From Methanothrix sp. (GTDB lineage: Archaea > Halobacteriota > Methanosarcinia > Methanotrichales > Methanotrichaceae): DNA of 64,000 nucleotides. The stretch lies in assembly GCA_963682135.1 (NCBI GenBank), contig OY821645.1:576001-640000 (forward strand), given 5' to 3'. Both the position numbers and the translations under genes were made by a program. Positions 62,153 through 64,000 of this stretch are shown one piece after another (position 1 is the first letter of the stretch; each line of letters starts with the position of its first letter). The notes beneath the pieces were generated by a model. The model did no database searches. It was not told the origin of the DNA and was given only the letters and a program-made list of their open reading frames with translations.

Positions 62153-62731
62153 ATGCAAAATGGTAAGGTCGGCAATTTTTATTTTGAGCTGAGGAGAAAG
62201 CTCTTCCACCTTTTTTTCGGCCTTTTCTTGATTTTCATTCTGTTCTATTCAAGCAGAATAAATCTGATAATTTTTCTCAGCGTCTTTCTCTTCATCGGCT
62301 GTATAATGATTTTCGTGATGCAAAAAGGCGGGAAGATTCCCATAGCGAATTGGCTTGAAGAGACATTCGAGAGGAAGAACGTCCGGTTCCCAGGATATGG
62401 AGCCTTCTGGTATGTTGTAGGTGCGCTCCTCTTGGCTATTTTTCTGGGCAATGCTCATGAGATAGCTGCCTCAATTGTGGCTCTGGCCGCCGGAGACTCG
62501 GCAGCTACCATCGTCGGCATCCTGGGTACTCACCCCCTTCCCCACAACCGGCGCAAAACGTGGGAAGGATCACTGGCATTTTTTGTTTTCTCTCTGCCCG
62601 CTTGCCTGTTTGTAGGCTGGATTGGCATAGCGCTGGCAGCAATAGCTGCAATTATGGAAAGCCTGGATACGCAGGTGGACGACAACCTTTTAATTCCCAT
62701 AACAGCGATATTATTTTTTGAATTTATCTGA
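62153..62731 (+). CDS. Dolichol/phytol kinase-like polyprenol kinase family protein
   Basis: ELRRKLFH, GDSAATIVG, KTWEGS, DDNLLIP. Confidence 0.85.
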   Translation: MQNGKVGNFYFELRRKLFHLFFGLFLIFILFYSSRINLIIFLSVFLFIGCIMIFVMQKGGKIPIANWLEETFERKNVRFPGYGAFWYVVGALLLAIFLGNAHEIAASIVALAAGDSAATIVGILGTHPLPHNRRKTWEGSLAFFVFSLPACLFVGWIGIALAAIAAIMESLDTQVDDNLLIPITAILFFEFI

Positions 62732-62797
62732 AAAGAAATGGAAGGAAAAAAGGAGATAGATTTCAAATGATACTATCTTCAACCTATGTTTTTTTTC

Positions 62798-63298
62798 CTA
62801 CGCAATGTACGACGCACTCGATCTATCAAAGCCCTGCACCAGTTCCAGTCCCTCGTCTTCCGGCTTCCAGGATACATCCGGGTAGGAAAGGTGCTTTATG
62901 AACTCGCTGCTGCTTGATGCAATCTGCGTGGCCAGATGATCTTCTCCCAGAGCTTCTTTCGTGATGACAAAGACCTTTGACCTCACATCTGCCTCATCCA
63001 GGTAGCCCAGGGAATGGATGTATTCGTGCAAGAGTACATGAAAGACGTAGGGCTTGTATAGCTCGGGGCGTGTCTCCTTGATCCTTTGTAGCGGGATCTT
63101 ATTGAGGACGATGACATTGGTACCTGTGGTGAAGAAACCTCCGAAAAATCCCTGCGGATGGTTTCCGAGGTTTGCCATGCCCAGCATCAGACCTCCCCTG
63201 CTCTTGCCCAGGCTCTTTAAGACCAATGATTTGACCAGTTCGAAGATATCAGGCAGGGACTTTGCCTCAATCAGCCGGGTGCGATAGTCAGTTATCAT
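62798..63298 (-). CDS. HExxH metalloprotease-like hypothetical protein
   Basis: HVLLHEYIHSLGYLDE. Confidence 0.75.
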   Translation of the reverse strand: MITDYRTRLIEAKSLPDIFELVKSLVLKSLGKSRGGLMLGMANLGNHPQGFFGGFFTTGTNVIVLNKIPLQRIKETRPELYKPYVFHVLLHEYIHSLGYLDEADVRSKVFVITKEALGEDHLATQIASSSSEFIKHLSYPDVSWKPEDEGLELVQGFDRSSASYIA

Positions 63299-63449
63299 TT
63301 GAAATACATGAGGACAAGTCTAAGTATATAATACTAACTTATGGTTACTAATGATCGGTGATGTTTTGCACAATTATTATAAATGATATTAAATGGTTGG
63401 TATTCGCAGTTTCAGTAGTGCGACTGAGAACAAAAGGCCGGCCTTTGCC

Positions 63450-63779
63450 TCACTCTCTCTGCTGCAAGAGTCCTTTCTCAAGGCCAATCTCCATCCAAGC
63501 CCAGGCCCAGATTACCGCCTCAAAAGCTCTGATAAGGTCGCCTTTTTCCAAAAAGTATCGGCAGTCGCGAATGTATGCCGAGATGTTCTCCAGGAACTCT
63601 CTATCCCCGGATACATTCCCGTATAGATCCTGCGCCTTCCTCTGCCATTTCTCTGTCTCAGCACGCAGATCTTCTTCTAACTTTCCTTGCGAACACTTTT
63701 TCGTGCCACAGACTGCCGGAGGCTCTTGTGCCGTTTTAATATTTCTTCCCGGACATCCCGTTTCTCGGTTCATTTCCAT
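63450..63779 (-). CDS. DUF357 domain protein
   Basis: FLENISAYIRDCRYFLEKGDLIRAFEAVIWAWAWMEIG. Confidence 0.8.
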   Translation of the reverse strand: MEMNRETGCPGRNIKTAQEPPAVCGTKKCSQGKLEEDLRAETEKWQRKAQDLYGNVSGDREFLENISAYIRDCRYFLEKGDLIRAFEAVIWAWAWMEIGLEKGLLQQRE

Positions 63780-63792
63780 CCCAATGTAATCT

Positions 63793-64000
63793 CTATTTAC
63801 CCAGGCCATTATCAGATTTTGTAACACTGGTCACCCGGCTCTCGCTTACCTCCACATCAACCATTGTCTTGACAGCATAACCTTCCGCCTTCAGCCGCTC
63901 CACGCCGTCGCCCCGCTTTACTACCACTACCACATCCTTAACATTGGCACCTGCGATCTTCAGGGACTTGAGCACGGCAAGAAGCGTGCCCCCTGTGCTG
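63793..64000 (-). CDS. Purine phosphoribosyltransferase (Hpt/Apt-like), 3' part; truncated by the window edge
   Basis: STGGTL PRPP loop followed by GANVKDVVVVVKRG. Confidence 0.75.
   Translation of the reverse strand, partial: STGGTLLAVLKSLKIAGANVKDVVVVVKRGDGVERLKAEGYAVKTMVDVEVSESRVTSVTKSDNGLGK

Overview
Archaeal chromosomal segment from a methanogen, most likely Methanothrix (Methanosaeta)-like; this is inferred from mfnF, a FrhB/FpoF-family gene, archaeal-type LeuRS, Hel308, split GMP synthase and many secreted hypothetical proteins. Most of the window is housekeeping genes (nrdG, hel308, dapL, leuS, feoB, rubrerythrin, ychF, guaAB, transporters, a PAS hybrid kinase). Two accessory hotspots stand out. 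(1) At about 10.5-21.2 kb, directly after leuS, AT-rich defence and toxin-antitoxin genes (PIN, YgiT, a 1120-aa SIR2-STAND protein, a membrane protein, DUF6516/TumE, MNT-HEPN, a HicA remnant) are separated by four blocks of a GC-rich 260-320 bp repeat. Each unit carries a 27-bp AT-rich dyad with compensatory substitutions, so the region looks like a repeat-delimited cassette array; no recombinase is present in the window. (2) At about 50.5-56.4 kb, a Type IIG restriction-modification gene has an AT-rich specificity region and a downstream duplicate of its 3' end bracketing a PIN toxin-antitoxin module. Several toxins in both hotspots carry single inactivating lesions. No rRNA, tRNA, CRISPR array or intact transposase was recognised.
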